Assembly: GCA_903902345.1 (NCBI GenBank)
Contig: CAIUUR010000414.1
Coordinates: 2,353-66,352, forward strand
DNA length: 64,000 bases
From: an uncultured Geobacteraceae bacterium
GTDB taxonomy: Bacteria > Desulfobacterota > Desulfuromonadia > Geobacterales > CAIOGM01
Reading direction: 5' to 3'
Below are positions 28,542 to 39,268 of the stretch, piece after piece; position 1 is the first letter of the stretch, and every line of letters begins with the position of its first letter. Made by a program: the position numbers and the translations under genes. The notes below the pieces were generated by a model that did no database searches, was not told where the DNA came from, and saw nothing but the letters and a program-made list of their open reading frames with translations.

Positions 28542-30213
28542 AGTTTTTACAGCACTCTCCGTAGATAACCTCATAGGTCGCCGGAATACCCTCTTTACCG
28601 CCATACCTCCCTTCGTAGGTACGCATCATGGTAACCATCGTTCCCCTTTCTGACAATCCTTCGTCGCGACGATGAGCTGCATTTCCAGCACCGATCTTTT
28701 TCAGGCTCCGGAGGAGGATTCGTACGGACGTATGGTATTCGGTTTCGTCCTCATTCCATACCTTGATGCCCCTGAATCCGGCGACTGTCAGCTGCTCTTC
28801 CACCTCTGATTTGGTGAGGAATCGATGGGTCCGGTCGGATTCCAGGCGATTATGATGAGTCAGGGCCGTTCGGTAGGAATCCTTGAGTTCGCGGAGCGTT
28901 CCTGCGCCGAAGAGAGCGAAGCGGAAACTCCCACCGGGAGTGAGGGTACGATATACCTCCCCAAAGGCCCCCTGCAGGTGCTCAAGCCATTGGAAGGTTG
29001 AGGTGGAGAGGATCAGATCGAACAGTTCTCCACCGAAGGGGAGATGCTCGGCGTCGGCGATCAGCACCTCTGCCTGACGTGACCCTAATGCTTCTTTGGT
29101 CGCGGCCACCATGCCGGGTGCAAGATCGATACCCGTCAGTTTTGCGGAGGGAAACCGTTGTCCTACGCTACTCAGAAGCATTCCGGTGCCGCACCCCACA
29201 TCCAGGACGGAGGTAGGCTGATTGTCCTCCACGTTCAGGGAAGCCATGATACGTTGGACTATGCGCCTCTGCACCCTTGCATGACTCTCGTATTCGTCCG
29301 CATGCAGATGGAAGGAGTTTCGGACTCGTCGACGGTCTATTCCCGGTGATGGTGAGTGATGAGACGTGTCCGGTGACTTGTGGTGTACAAGGTTGATTGA
29401 CGGCGTAATCCTGAGGTGCTCCCTGAGGAGGCGGTTGAACTCCTCCGGGCGTGAAAGAAAGGGCGCATGACCTAGGCCCGGAAGGAGTGTCAGTCGAGCC
29501 CCGGCTATCTTCCCTGCCATATATGAGGAGGCCTCCGGCGGACAGATGAGATCATCACTACCATGTATGAGGAGTGTGGGGATAGTGACTCCTTGCGTCA
29601 GATGTCGGAAATCTGCAGACGCCAATGATTCAAGAGAAGCCAGCGCCACCTGTTGTTCAGGAAGATTTCCCCCCTTGACGATATCGCGAACGATCTGGCG
29701 ATACTGATTATCATCCGCCTCGCTTGAGGTAAACATACCTCGAAAGAATTCTTCCATGGTCCGAGCGTAGTTTCGACGTAGCCGAAGTGCCATTCCTCTG
29801 ATCTCTTCAGAGGGGAGCCCGTGGGGGAAGTCGTCATCGGCGGTAAAGTGCGGGGTCCCCCCCACGAAGACGACTCCGGCGAGGCGGTCCCTGATGCGGG
29901 AAAAAGCCCGGAGAGTCGCGCTAACCCCCATGGACCAGGCGACGATGGTCACCTCTCGTAGATCAAGCGCCGTGAGAATCGTCTCGATGTCCGTAGCGAA
30001 ATCATCCATTGTCGGTCCGGATTCGTGGGTGTCGGATAATCCGTGTCCCCGGAGATCCAGGGCTATGACCCGGTTGGTGGTGGCGAACTCCTCCTGTTGA
30101 TACTGCCAGACCCGGTTGGACATGGCCCAGCCATGAACGAAAAGAAGAGTCGGGCCGGAGCCGGTTTCCTTGTAGGAAATACGGCAGTTGTCGTTCGTAA
30201 AGATCTCAGCCAT
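28540..30213 (-). CDS. Fusion protein: BioH-like pimeloyl-ACP methyl ester esterase (N-terminal) plus BioC-like malonyl-ACP O-methyltransferase (C-terminal)
   Basis: 557 aa. The N-terminal half is an alpha/beta hydrolase ([10 protein letters not shown]...VAWSMGV...GHAPFL). The C-terminal half is a class I SAM methyltransferase ([11 protein letters not shown], ...[12 protein letters not shown]). It overlaps bioF by 8 nt. Confidence 0.8.
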   Translation of the reverse strand: MAEIFTNDNCRISYKETGSGPTLLFVHGWAMSNRVWQYQQEEFATTNRVIALDLRGHGLSDTHESGPTMDDFATDIETILTALDLREVTIVAWSMGVSATLRAFSRIRDRLAGVVFVGGTPHFTADDDFPHGLPSEEIRGMALRLRRNYARTMEEFFRGMFTSSEADDNQYRQIVRDIVKGGNLPEQQVALASLESLASADFRHLTQGVTIPTLLIHGSDDLICPPEASSYMAGKIAGARLTLLPGLGHAPFLSRPEEFNRLLREHLRITPSINLVHHKSPDTSHHSPSPGIDRRRVRNSFHLHADEYESHARVQRRIVQRIMASLNVEDNQPTSVLDVGCGTGMLLSSVGQRFPSAKLTGIDLAPGMVAATKEALGSRQAEVLIADAEHLPFGGELFDLILSTSTFQWLEHLQGAFGEVYRTLTPGGSFRFALFGAGTLRELKDSYRTALTHHNRLESDRTHRFLTKSEVEEQLTVAGFRGIKVWNEDETEYHTSVRILLRSLKKIGAGNAAHRRDEGLSERGTMVTMMRTYEGRYGGKEGIPATYEVIYGECCKN

Positions 30214-31393
30214 GGCGGTTCACCACTCCCAGTTCCTTTCCCACCTCACTGATCGTCTTCACCGCCTGTACCAGATCCTGTCGGGAGTGGGGCGCCATGA
30301 GGGTGCAGCGGAGACGGGATGTCCCCTTGGGAACCGTGGGGGGGCGGATGCCCTGGACAAAGATTCCCCGTTCCAGGAGGAGCCGGGAAAACGCCATGGT
30401 CTTCTTTGCGTCACCCACGAGGAGCGGCACGATCTGGGTGGCGCTCCCCAGGGTGTCAAAGCCCGACGCACGCAGTGATTCTCTGAAAAAATGCGAGTTG
30501 TCGGCCAGGCGGCGGCGCAACTCCAGCCCCTCGGAGGAATCGACGATATTCAGGGCGGCCAGGGAGGCTGCCACAACTGCCGGTGGCAGCGATGTGGAGA
30601 AGATGAAGCTTCGGGCGTTATTGATGAGCCACTCCACAATATCCCGTGAGGTCGCCACATAGGCGCCGAAACTTCCCAGCCCCTTTCCCAGGGTTCCCAT
30701 CTGAATTTCCACCTCCTCCAAAACCCGACAGAGTTCCACGCTACCGCGCCCGCTTTCACCCAGTATCCCCACGCCGTGGGCATCATCCACCATGAGGAGG
30801 GCATTGAATTCATTCTTCAGTGACACCAACTCCCGGAGTCGGGCGATGTCGCCATCCATGCTAAAGACGCCATCGGTGATGATAAGTCGTATCCCCTTGG
30901 TGGGATGGGATTCCAGTAACCGGCGGAGGGCTGTGGGATCATTGTGCGGATACCGGATCAGGGTTGCCGTGGAGAGGCGAGCTCCGTCCACGATGCTGGC
31001 GTGATTGAGCTTGTCGGAGAAGATCATGTCTCCCCGTCCCGTCAAGGCGCCGATGATGCCGGTATTGGCCGCATAACCCGAGTTGAAGGCCAGAGCCGCC
31101 TCGGTTCCCTTGAAGGCGGCGATCCGTTCTTCCAGCTCTTCATGCAGCGCCATGCTCCCCGAGACCAGGCGGGATGCACCGCTGGATGTCCCCCATTGCG
31201 CCACTGCCCGTTGAGCTGCGATTTTCAGCGCGGGATGCCCCGCCAGCCCCAGGTAATTGTTGGAGCAGAGGAGGAGCGCCTCCCGCCCCTCCAGGGTAAC
31301 TTTTCCCGGAGCAGTTTCCTCCACGATCCGAAGTTGCCGGTATAGTCCCTCTTCTTTCAGTCGCTGAAGTCGTGCGGAATAGTTCGGGGGCAT
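30206..31393 (-). CDS. bioF: 8-amino-7-oxononanoate synthase
   Basis: Track ORF 30206..31486. Start moved to ATG 31393 ([21 protein letters not shown]), 5 nt after GAGGA. PLP-family sequence (...[15 protein letters not shown]..., [10 protein letters not shown]). Confidence 0.88.
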   Translation of the reverse strand: MPPNYSARLQRLKEEGLYRQLRIVEETAPGKVTLEGREALLLCSNNYLGLAGHPALKIAAQRAVAQWGTSSGASRLVSGSMALHEELEERIAAFKGTEAALAFNSGYAANTGIIGALTGRGDMIFSDKLNHASIVDGARLSTATLIRYPHNDPTALRRLLESHPTKGIRLIITDGVFSMDGDIARLRELVSLKNEFNALLMVDDAHGVGILGESGRGSVELCRVLEEVEIQMGTLGKGLGSFGAYVATSRDIVEWLINNARSFIFSTSLPPAVVAASLAALNIVDSSEGLELRRRLADNSHFFRESLRASGFDTLGSATQIVPLLVGDAKKTMAFSRLLLERGIFVQGIRPPTVPKGTSRLRCTLMAPHSRQDLVQAVKTISEVGKELGVVNRHG

Positions 31394-31584
31394 GGGTTCC
31401 TCGGGAAAAGATACAGGGAGTCGGAGATGATTTCTTGTATCACGGGCAATGCTGTTCGTCAACCAGGAGTGCCGCAAGGTTGACAACTCGGCTTGAAAAG
31501 GATTTGGGTCGACGGCAGCAATTTGTGTGCAATGGAGCGCGATTCCTTTACATCCCCGAAGTATTTTGCTAAGTTTACCAACTT

Positions 31585-34227
31585 ATGAAAGCAGAGATCG
31601 CCACACAGCCGAACCTCACGCCGATGATGCGCCAGTATCTGGAGATCAAGGCGGAATATCCCGATGCCATCCTCTTCTTCAGGCTCGGCGACTTCTACGA
31701 GATGTTCCTGGACGACGCCCTCAAGGCGTCCCGGATTCTCGACATCGCCCTTACCTCCCGCAACAAGAATTCTGACGGCGAGGACGTTCCTTTCTGCGGT
31801 ATCCCCTACCATGCCTGCGCCCCCTATCTCGCCAAGCTCATAGATGCGGGAGAAAAGGTGGCGATCTGCGAGCAGGTGGAAGATCCGAAGGCCACCAAGG
31901 GGATCGTCAAGCGAGCGGTGGTGAAGGTCATCACACCGGGGCTTGTGGCGGACCTGGAAAACCTCTCCCCCAAGGAAAATAATTTTCTGGTTTCTTTGGC
32001 TGTCTGCGGAGGTACATGGGGTGTCGCCTCACTGGATATCTCCACCGGCCAGTTCCGGATGACCGAGTGCCAGGACCGGAATAGCGCCCTGGCGGAGGTT
32101 GAGTGTCTTGCCCCCCGGGAACTGCTTCTGCCTGGGGAGTGGCGCGGGCGCTTCGATCTCCGTGACTTTACCCTCCGCAACGACGCCAGAGTCATTACTC
32201 ATATCGCCGACTGGGTCTACGACCTGGAGTACCTTGGGCGGCAGCTCATCTCCTTTTTCGGGGCATCCTCTCCCGAATCCATGGGGTGCGCCGGTTTTCC
32301 CGCCGGACTCATGGCTGTCGCCGCGGTGCTTCACTATCTCCAGGAGACTCAGAAAGGGGAGGTCCGCCACCTGACGGGGATCACCCCCTACAGCACCGCC
32401 GAGTTTCTCGTCATGGACGACTCCACGCGGCGCAACCTTGAACTGATTGCAACCATGGGGGAAGGAAGGAGAAAGGGTTCGCTCCTGGGGCTCATGGACC
32501 GGACTGTCACCGCCATGGGGGGGCGTAAGCTTCGCCAATGGATCAGTTATCCTCTGGTCTCCATGGCTCCCATCACCCAGCGGCTGGATGCCGTGGAGGA
32601 ATTCCTGACGAATGGAGATGTTCGGCGACGGATCGTCACCCTGCTGGACGGTGTCTACGACCTGGAGCGGCTCAACGGCCGGATCAGCCTTGCTTCGGCC
32701 TCGGCCAAGGATCTGGCGTCTCTCCGCTTGTCACTCCTTCGCATACCGGAGCTTCGGGGTGTGCTTGATGGCGTGGAGTCACCGCTTCTTTGCCGACTCC
32801 GGGAGGAGATCGACCCGCTGGAGGATCTGGCCGGACTCATCAGCCGGGGAATCGTGGAAAACCCTCCCTTTATCCTGCGGGAAGGGGGGATAATCGCGGA
32901 CGGGTATCATGGCGAATTGGATGACCTCAGGGCGATCAGCCGGGAAGGGAAGGGCTTCATCGCCCGACTGGAGGCCCAGGAACGGGGACGCACCGGTATC
33001 TCTTCCCTCAAGATTCGCTACAATCGGGTTTTTGGTTACTACATCGAGGTGACCAAGAGTAACCTGGGGGGGATTCCCGAAGAGTATCAACGGAAGCAGA
33101 CCCTGGCCAACGCCGAGCGGTTTATTACTCCGGAGCTGAAGGAGTACGAAGAGAAGGTCCTGGGGGCCGAGGAGCGGATCGCCGAGCTGGAGTACTCCCT
33201 CTTCCAGGAGATTCGGGAACTGGTGGCCGGTCAAGGTGAGCGGCTTGCCCGGACCGCCGACCGGCTGGCGGTCCTGGATCTGCTGGCAGGGCTGGCGGAG
33301 CTGGCCCACGATGGAGGGTACTGCCGTCCTACCGTTGACGAAAGTGACCGCCTGATCATACTGGAGGGGCGGCATCCGGTGGTGGAGTCTCTGAACCTGG
33401 GGGAGCGGTTTGTGCCCAACGACACGGAGCTGGATGGAAACGACAACCAGCTTCTCATCATCACCGGGCCCAACATGGCAGGTAAATCCACCTATATGCG
33501 ACAGGTGGCCCTCATCACTCTCATGGCTCAGATCGGGAGTTTCGTCCCTGCCGCCGAGGCACGTATCGGCATCGCTGACCGGATCTTTACCCGGGTGGGG
33601 GCCGCCGACAACCTCTCCCGGGGCCAATCCACCTTCATGGTCGAGATGATGGAAACGGCGCATATTCTCCGACACGCAACCCCTCGTAGCCTCGTGATCC
33701 TGGACGAGATCGGGCGGGGGACCTCCACCTTTGACGGGGTCTCCATCGCCTGGGCCGTGGCCGAATATCTGCACGACACGGCGTCATGCACTCCCCGGAC
33801 CCTCTTTGCCACCCACTACCACGAGTTGACCGATTTGGCGCTGACCCGCCCCCGGGTGAAGAATTTCACGGTGGCGGTAAAGGAGTGGAACGACCAGATT
33901 ATTTTCCTGAGGAAGATCATCGCCGGCGGCGCTTCCCACTCCTACGGTATTCAAGTGGCGCGGTTGGCGGGACTCCCTCGCGATGTCATCGATCGGGCCA
34001 AGGAGATCCTGCGTAATCTGGAGAAGGGGGAATTCGAAGAGGGGGGGATGCCCCGTCTGGCGGGGGGGAGAAAGGCACCACCGAAGAAGCCGTCGCCTCA
34101 GTTGTCGCTCTTTGCCCCGGCAGACGATGACCTTCGTTTGAGACTTCGGGAGATCGATATCGAGACACTCACCCCGTTGGGAGCGCTCAATCTCCTGGCG
34201 GAGCTGAAACGGATGGCGGTGTCATGA
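31585..34227 (+). CDS. mutS: DNA mismatch repair protein MutS
   Basis: 880 aa, [31 protein letters not shown]; Walker [10 protein letters not shown]. Confidence 0.97.
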   Translation: MKAEIATQPNLTPMMRQYLEIKAEYPDAILFFRLGDFYEMFLDDALKASRILDIALTSRNKNSDGEDVPFCGIPYHACAPYLAKLIDAGEKVAICEQVEDPKATKGIVKRAVVKVITPGLVADLENLSPKENNFLVSLAVCGGTWGVASLDISTGQFRMTECQDRNSALAEVECLAPRELLLPGEWRGRFDLRDFTLRNDARVITHIADWVYDLEYLGRQLISFFGASSPESMGCAGFPAGLMAVAAVLHYLQETQKGEVRHLTGITPYSTAEFLVMDDSTRRNLELIATMGEGRRKGSLLGLMDRTVTAMGGRKLRQWISYPLVSMAPITQRLDAVEEFLTNGDVRRRIVTLLDGVYDLERLNGRISLASASAKDLASLRLSLLRIPELRGVLDGVESPLLCRLREEIDPLEDLAGLISRGIVENPPFILREGGIIADGYHGELDDLRAISREGKGFIARLEAQERGRTGISSLKIRYNRVFGYYIEVTKSNLGGIPEEYQRKQTLANAERFITPELKEYEEKVLGAEERIAELEYSLFQEIRELVAGQGERLARTADRLAVLDLLAGLAELAHDGGYCRPTVDESDRLIILEGRHPVVESLNLGERFVPNDTELDGNDNQLLIITGPNMAGKSTYMRQVALITLMAQIGSFVPAAEARIGIADRIFTRVGAADNLSRGQSTFMVEMMETAHILRHATPRSLVILDEIGRGTSTFDGVSIAWAVAEYLHDTASCTPRTLFATHYHELTDLALTRPRVKNFTVAVKEWNDQIIFLRKIIAGGASHSYGIQVARLAGLPRDVIDRAKEILRNLEKGEFEEGGMPRLAGGRKAPPKKPSPQLSLFAPADDDLRLRLREIDIETLTPLGALNLLAELKRMAVS

Positions 34228-35531
34228 TGGCGAAGACCAAGAAAACAGCACTGCTCTTCATGGTCGTGGTACTCTGTATCCTGACCATGTTCTCCCTGCC
34301 GCTCCTCGCCGCGCCTCCCATCGCCTCTACCGACAGGGGGGGATATCACCAGGCTATGGTCACCGAACTGAAACATTGGTCAAACCCCGACTATACCCGC
34401 ATCGCCATCGCGATGGATCATGAGGCCGAGTTCGAGAGCCACACTCTTACTCCCAACCGGGAGGCCAGGGCGCCGTCGCGGATTTACATTGACATCAAGG
34501 GGGCGAGGGTCGCCAAGGGGGTGAAGGATGTCCCCATCGGGGACGGACTCCTGAAGACTGCCCGGGTGGGACAGTACCGGCCGACTGTGGTGCGGATCGT
34601 GCTGGATGTGGAAAACATTAAGGATTATAAGGTTTTTTCACTCTCCGAGCCGTTTCGCATCGTTATTGACGTTAAGGGGGAGCGAAAAAGCGAGATTTCA
34701 AGGCTGGATGCGAGCATCACATCCCTGCCCCGGGAAAAAGAGCGGGCGCCGGAGTCCAAGGGAGAGCCGTCGACAGCGGTTGAACCTGGTGTGAAGAGGG
34801 AGCCCTCCCCCCTGGGGGAGAAGGGGGAGCAGAAGGGGCCCGTCAAGTTCAAATTGGGCCGAATCCGTCGCATCGTGGTGGATCCGGGGCATGGGGGGCA
34901 TGACCCCGGCGCCATCGGTGCGGGAAAGAGCATGGAAAAGGATATCGTGCTTGCCATCGGCCTCAAGCTGGCGGAGAAGCTCCGGAGCGAGCTGGGGATG
35001 GACGTGGTCATGACCCGCTCCACCGACGTCTTCATCCCTCTTGAGGAGCGGACCGCCATTGCCAACAAGGTCAACGCCGACCTCTTTATCTCCATTCACG
35101 CCAACGCCTCGCTGAACCGGCACACCACCGGTATTGAAACCTATTACCTGAACCTGGCCAAGACCGACAAGGCGAAACAGCTTGCGGCCCGGGAAAACAA
35201 CACCAGCCTGGAAAAGGTGAGTGTGCTGCAGGGGATACTCTTCGACCTCATGGCCAACTCCAAGATTAACGACGCGGCACACTTGGCGGACGAGGTACAG
35301 AAGGGGACCGTGAAGCGGGTCAGTGGGCGTTACCCGGGAATCAAGAACAACGGGGTGAAGCAGGGGCCGTTTTATGTGCTCGTGGGGGCAACCATGCCGA
35401 GTATTCTGGTGGAGACTGCTTTCCTCAGCAACGAGGCGGAGGAGAAAAATCTCAACGACCCCGCATACCAGGAGACAACGGTGGAGGGGATCGTTGACGG
35501 TGTCCGAAGTTATGTTTCATCCGTAAAGTGA
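34224..35531 (+). CDS. N-acetylmuramoyl-L-alanine amidase with N-terminal signal and AMIN domain
   Basis: 435 aa. Contains a signal-like helix, an AMIN-like region ([18 protein letters not shown]...RIVLDV) and an Amidase_3 region ([14 protein letters not shown]...SIHANA). The ATGA start overlaps the mutS stop. Confidence 0.88.
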   Translation: MMAKTKKTALLFMVVVLCILTMFSLPLLAAPPIASTDRGGYHQAMVTELKHWSNPDYTRIAIAMDHEAEFESHTLTPNREARAPSRIYIDIKGARVAKGVKDVPIGDGLLKTARVGQYRPTVVRIVLDVENIKDYKVFSLSEPFRIVIDVKGERKSEISRLDASITSLPREKERAPESKGEPSTAVEPGVKREPSPLGEKGEQKGPVKFKLGRIRRIVVDPGHGGHDPGAIGAGKSMEKDIVLAIGLKLAEKLRSELGMDVVMTRSTDVFIPLEERTAIANKVNADLFISIHANASLNRHTTGIETYYLNLAKTDKAKQLAARENNTSLEKVSVLQGILFDLMANSKINDAAHLADEVQKGTVKRVSGRYPGIKNNGVKQGPFYVLVGATMPSILVETAFLSNEAEEKNLNDPAYQETTVEGIVDGVRSYVSSVK

Positions 35532-35536
35532 AATCC

Positions 35537-35599
35537 CTTGGCCTTTAGCCCATAGCCCCTGGCCCTTAACCCCGCGCCCAGCGCCGAGAACCGCGAGCA
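35537..35599. repeat. Nine-unit heptanucleotide-periodic tract (NNNRRCC)
   Basis: CTTGGCC TTTAGCC CATAGCC CCTGGCC CTTAACC CCGCGCC CAGCGCC GAGAACC GCGAGCA, lying between the amidase stop and the glnD start. Confidence 0.7.
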
Positions 35600-35605
35600 C
35601 CTACT

Positions 35606-38341
35606 ATGACCACTCTGCCGGTGATTACCTTTGATATCGACCGTTACTTCCCTGACAGCAGTTATGATTCAGGGGACTCGGGAAAAGCCTCCTTTGAGGA
35701 AAAACGGTCGCTTTATCTGGCCGCAAGCAAGCGTTACCTGGCTCACTACCGGGAGGTTATCCAGGGTGAGCATCGGGGAGGGGCCTCCGGTGATTGGGTC
35801 GTGGCCAATGTCACTGCCATGACCGACCTGCTCCTCAAAAAACTCTATCGGAGCATCTGCCGTGATATCGGGCCGTCGGGTAACGCGCCGGAACAACTTA
35901 CCCTCGTGGCTCTGGGTGGGTATGGACGGGGTGAACTCAATCCCTATTCAGACATCGATCTCATGTTCCTCCATAACGGCAAGGCGTCCCGGAGGGTGGA
36001 GGATATTGCCAATAAAGTCCTCTATTTTCTCTGGGATATGCGTCTTGACGTGGGGTACTCGGTCCGGACCCCCGCCGACTGTGTGGAGATGTCCCAGGCG
36101 GACTCCACGGTGAGGACCGCTCTTCTTGAGTCCCGGATGATCATCGGGAGCAAAATCCTTTATGGCGAGTTCGAGAAGGTTCTGTTCAGTCAGATCGTCG
36201 CCAAGGGGAGCGATAGTTTCATCAAGAACAAGGTAGAGGAGCGGAAGAAGCGGCTGGAAAAATACGGCGCTAGTATCTATATCCTGGAGCCGAACCTCAA
36301 AGAGGGGGAAGGGGGGCTACGGGATCTTCATACCGCACTCTGGGTGGCCAAGATCAGGTATAAGGTCATTGATCCCCAGGAGTTGATCGTCAAGGGGATC
36401 GTCTCCGAGGATGAGCTTCTGGCCTATTCCCAGGCGCTTTCCTATCTTTGGCGCATTCGTAACGAACTCCATTACCTGGCAGGGCGGAAAAACGACCAAC
36501 TCACTTTCGAAGCTCAGATTAACCTTGCCTCGTTCTTCAGCTACCGCGATGAGGGGAAGTCCCTGGCGGTGGAAGAGTTCATGCGGGACTATTACCGGCA
36601 CGCCACCAGGGTTGAGCATTTAGCTTCGTCCATTATCTCCCGTTGCGCCCTTCGTGACGAAGGGCCCATGAAATTTCTGGGCTACTTTACCCGGCGTCCC
36701 ATCGGCGAAGGGTTCTACGTCCTCAAAGGGGAACTGGTTATTCCCAACGAGGCTGTGCTGACTGAAGACCCGACCCGGTACATGAAGATTTTCGAGTACG
36801 CCCAGAAGCAGGGGGTGAAACTCAACGTCAAGGTGAAGGAGCTTGTCAGGAAAAATCTGGACCTTGTGCATGACCGTTTCCGGCGAAGCAAGGAGGTGAG
36901 CCAATCTTTCGTCAATATCCTCAACTCCAGGAAGGGGGTGCCGGAGACGCTGCGGCTCATGCATCACCTGGAGTTTCTCAACCACTATATCCCCGAGTTC
37001 GAACGGACCTACTGCAAGGTTCAGCACGACCTGTACCACATCTATACTCTGGATATCCATTCCCTCTTTGCCGTGGAAGAGCTCGTCAAACTCTGGGATG
37101 GCGCCCACCGGACCGATCTGCCGCTTCTCACCAAATTGGCCTCAGAGGTGGAGAATCGTACCGTTATCATTCTTGCCGTTCTCTTTCACGATATCGGCAA
37201 GGGGGAGGGGAGTCGCCACGCCGAACGGGGCGCCGACATGATGCCGACGATCTCCCGGCGACTGGGGCTCTCCAAGCAGGAGAGTGAACAGCTGGAATTT
37301 CTCGTCAGAGTTCATCTGGAAATGGCGCACATCGCCCAGCGCCGGGATCTCAATGACGAGAAGATGATCATCGAGTTCGCCCGAAAGATGGAGACCACGG
37401 ACAACCTGAAAAAACTCTACCTTCTGACCTATGCGGATATCCGGGCCGTGGGACCCGATGTCTGGACCAGCTGGAAGGCAATGCTGCTTCAGGAGCTCTA
37501 CGAAAAAGCGTTTCATATTCTGGAGCGGGGGAATTTCAAGCTGGAGGCCAGTAGTGAACGGACCCGGAACGTAAAGAAGAAGGTGACAAAGCTCCTGGAG
37601 GACGAACTCCCCCTGGCCGCCATCAAGCAGGAGCTGAAGGGGATGACCACCCGGCACCTCCTCTCCAATCCACCGGAGCTTCTGGCGGCCCATGTCCGCC
37701 TTCTTCACGAATTGACCGGCTCTACTCCCCTGGTGATGAAGGTGCTTCACGACAAGCTGGACGAGGACAAGGGGTATTCCAACTTCACCATCTGCACCTT
37801 CGATCATCCCGGTCTCTTTGCGCGGATCACGGGTGTCATGGCGGCCAACGGCATGAACATCCTGGGCGCCCAGATCCATACAGGGAGTAACGGCAAGGTG
37901 CTGGACATCCTTCAGGTCAACTCCCCCAAGGGATTCATTATCACCGACGAGAATCGCTGGAAGCGACTGCGGGAAGAGATGGAACAGGTGCTCACCGGCG
38001 TGTTCAACGTCAAGAGCCTGGTTGAGCGGCAGATGCAGCCCTCTTCCCTGCTTGTTCAAGGGGTGAAACCACGGTTTCCCACCCGGGTGGAGATAGACAA
38101 CGATGTCTCCGTGGATTACACGGTCATCGACATCTATACCCATGACAAGGTAGGGCTTCTCTACCGGATTGCCAGCACCATCACGGAACTTGGTCTCTAT
38201 ATCGATGTTTCCAAGATCTCCACCAAGGTGGACCAGGTGGCCGACGTCTTCTACGTGAAGGATATCTTCCGACAGAAGATCATGGAACCGGCCAAGTGCG
38301 ACGAGATCAAGGCCCGGCTTCTGACGGCTATCGAAGGCTAA
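35606..38341 (+). CDS. glnD: [Protein-PII] uridylyltransferase/uridylyl-removing enzyme
   Basis: 911 aa. Has a nucleotidyltransferase motif (LVALGGYGRGELNPYSDIDL), an HD domain (LFHDIGKG) and two C-terminal ACT-like repeats. Confidence 0.92.
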   Translation: MTTLPVITFDIDRYFPDSSYDSGDSGKASFEEKRSLYLAASKRYLAHYREVIQGEHRGGASGDWVVANVTAMTDLLLKKLYRSICRDIGPSGNAPEQLTLVALGGYGRGELNPYSDIDLMFLHNGKASRRVEDIANKVLYFLWDMRLDVGYSVRTPADCVEMSQADSTVRTALLESRMIIGSKILYGEFEKVLFSQIVAKGSDSFIKNKVEERKKRLEKYGASIYILEPNLKEGEGGLRDLHTALWVAKIRYKVIDPQELIVKGIVSEDELLAYSQALSYLWRIRNELHYLAGRKNDQLTFEAQINLASFFSYRDEGKSLAVEEFMRDYYRHATRVEHLASSIISRCALRDEGPMKFLGYFTRRPIGEGFYVLKGELVIPNEAVLTEDPTRYMKIFEYAQKQGVKLNVKVKELVRKNLDLVHDRFRRSKEVSQSFVNILNSRKGVPETLRLMHHLEFLNHYIPEFERTYCKVQHDLYHIYTLDIHSLFAVEELVKLWDGAHRTDLPLLTKLASEVENRTVIILAVLFHDIGKGEGSRHAERGADMMPTISRRLGLSKQESEQLEFLVRVHLEMAHIAQRRDLNDEKMIIEFARKMETTDNLKKLYLLTYADIRAVGPDVWTSWKAMLLQELYEKAFHILERGNFKLEASSERTRNVKKKVTKLLEDELPLAAIKQELKGMTTRHLLSNPPELLAAHVRLLHELTGSTPLVMKVLHDKLDEDKGYSNFTICTFDHPGLFARITGVMAANGMNILGAQIHTGSNGKVLDILQVNSPKGFIITDENRWKRLREEMEQVLTGVFNVKSLVERQMQPSSLLVQGVKPRFPTRVEIDNDVSVDYTVIDIYTHDKVGLLYRIASTITELGLYIDVSKISTKVDQVADVFYVKDIFRQKIMEPAKCDEIKARLLTAIEG

Positions 38342-38367
38342 AGGTTCGCACCTAGAACCTTGAATTT

Positions 38368-39255
38368 ATGTTCGACCATCGCGATCTTTTCATGCAGTAC
38401 CTCCTGGTGGAGCGGGGGCTCTCGGGTAACACCGTGGAGGCCTATGGCAGGGACACGCTCCGGTATCTGACCTTTCTCCTGGATGAGAAGTGCCATCAAC
38501 CGGGCCAGATTACCCCCCACCTGGTGGCGTCGTTCATTGTCCGTTTGAAAGCTGAGGGGTTGAGCCCCCGAAGCCGGGCCCGGACCCTGTCGGCCCTCCG
38601 GATGTTTCACCGATTTCTTCTCGTTGAGGGGTACGCTGAGACTAATCCCACCGCGCTCCTGGAATCCCCAAAAATCGGCGGCAAGCTCCCCACGTTTCTC
38701 TCTTCCCGGGAGATAGAGCTGCTGCTGGCGGCTCCTGTCGGGGACGGTCCGACCGAGGTGAGGGATCGGGCCATGCTGGAGCTCCTCTATGCCACGGGGT
38801 TACGGGTCTCGGAGCTGGTGAACCTGACGGCCCGCACGGTGAACCTGGACGCGGGATATCTCCTGACCTTCGGCAAGGGGGGAAAAGAGCGGCTCGTTCC
38901 CCTGGGAGATGCCGCCATCGGGGCGGTCCGGCGTTATCAGCTGGAGGTTCGTCATAAGATGGAGCGGAGCGGGGGAAGGGATGAACTCTTCCTTACGCGG
39001 CTGGGGGAGGGGATGAGCCGGCAGGCGTTCTGGAACATGGTTAAAAAGCGGGCGAGTCAGGCGGGGATCAGTCGGAGCATCTCGCCGCACACACTGCGTC
39101 ACTCCTTTGCCACCCATCTCCTGGAGAACGGCGCCGACCTGAGGAGTGTCCAGATCATGCTGGGGCACGCGGACCTGTCGTCCACGCAGATCTACACCCA
39201 TGTCACCCGGGAGCGGCTCAAGCGTATTCACGAAGAATGTCATCCGAGAGGATAG
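38368..39255 (+). CDS. xerD: Tyrosine recombinase XerD
   Basis: 295 aa, ...LLVERGLSGNTVEAYGRDTLRY...; catalytic region HTLRHSFATHLLENGADLRSVQIMLGHADLSSTQIYTHV. Confidence 0.9.
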   Translation: MFDHRDLFMQYLLVERGLSGNTVEAYGRDTLRYLTFLLDEKCHQPGQITPHLVASFIVRLKAEGLSPRSRARTLSALRMFHRFLLVEGYAETNPTALLESPKIGGKLPTFLSSREIELLLAAPVGDGPTEVRDRAMLELLYATGLRVSELVNLTARTVNLDAGYLLTFGKGGKERLVPLGDAAIGAVRRYQLEVRHKMERSGGRDELFLTRLGEGMSRQAFWNMVKKRASQAGISRSISPHTLRHSFATHLLENGADLRSVQIMLGHADLSSTQIYTHVTRERLKRIHEECHPRG

Positions 39256-39268
39256 AAAGGATAGGGAA

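Noticed and set aside
31521-31552. Possible BirA operator in the bioF-mutS divergent region (TTGTGTGCAAT…TTCCTTTACA).
   Set aside because: The two half-sites are poorly complementary (TGTGTGC versus TGTAAAG), so there is no convincing palindrome.
38368-39255. xerD as the integrase responsible for the 40.4-44.2 kb insertion.
   Set aside because: The sequence is a typical housekeeping XerD, lies outside the direct repeats, and is separated from them by the full PGM-family gene. No evidence links it to the insertion.
39146-39268. Upstream extension of the PGM-family ORF overlapping the xerD 3' end. The same applies to the extensions of the rpsC (16786-16923), rpsE (21194-21349), adk (23781-23822) and ygfA (57810-57935) track ORFs.
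   Set aside because: The extensions overlap the preceding conserved gene or non-coding DNA, lack homology-like sequence, and better start codons with RBSs lie where the conserved N-termini begin.
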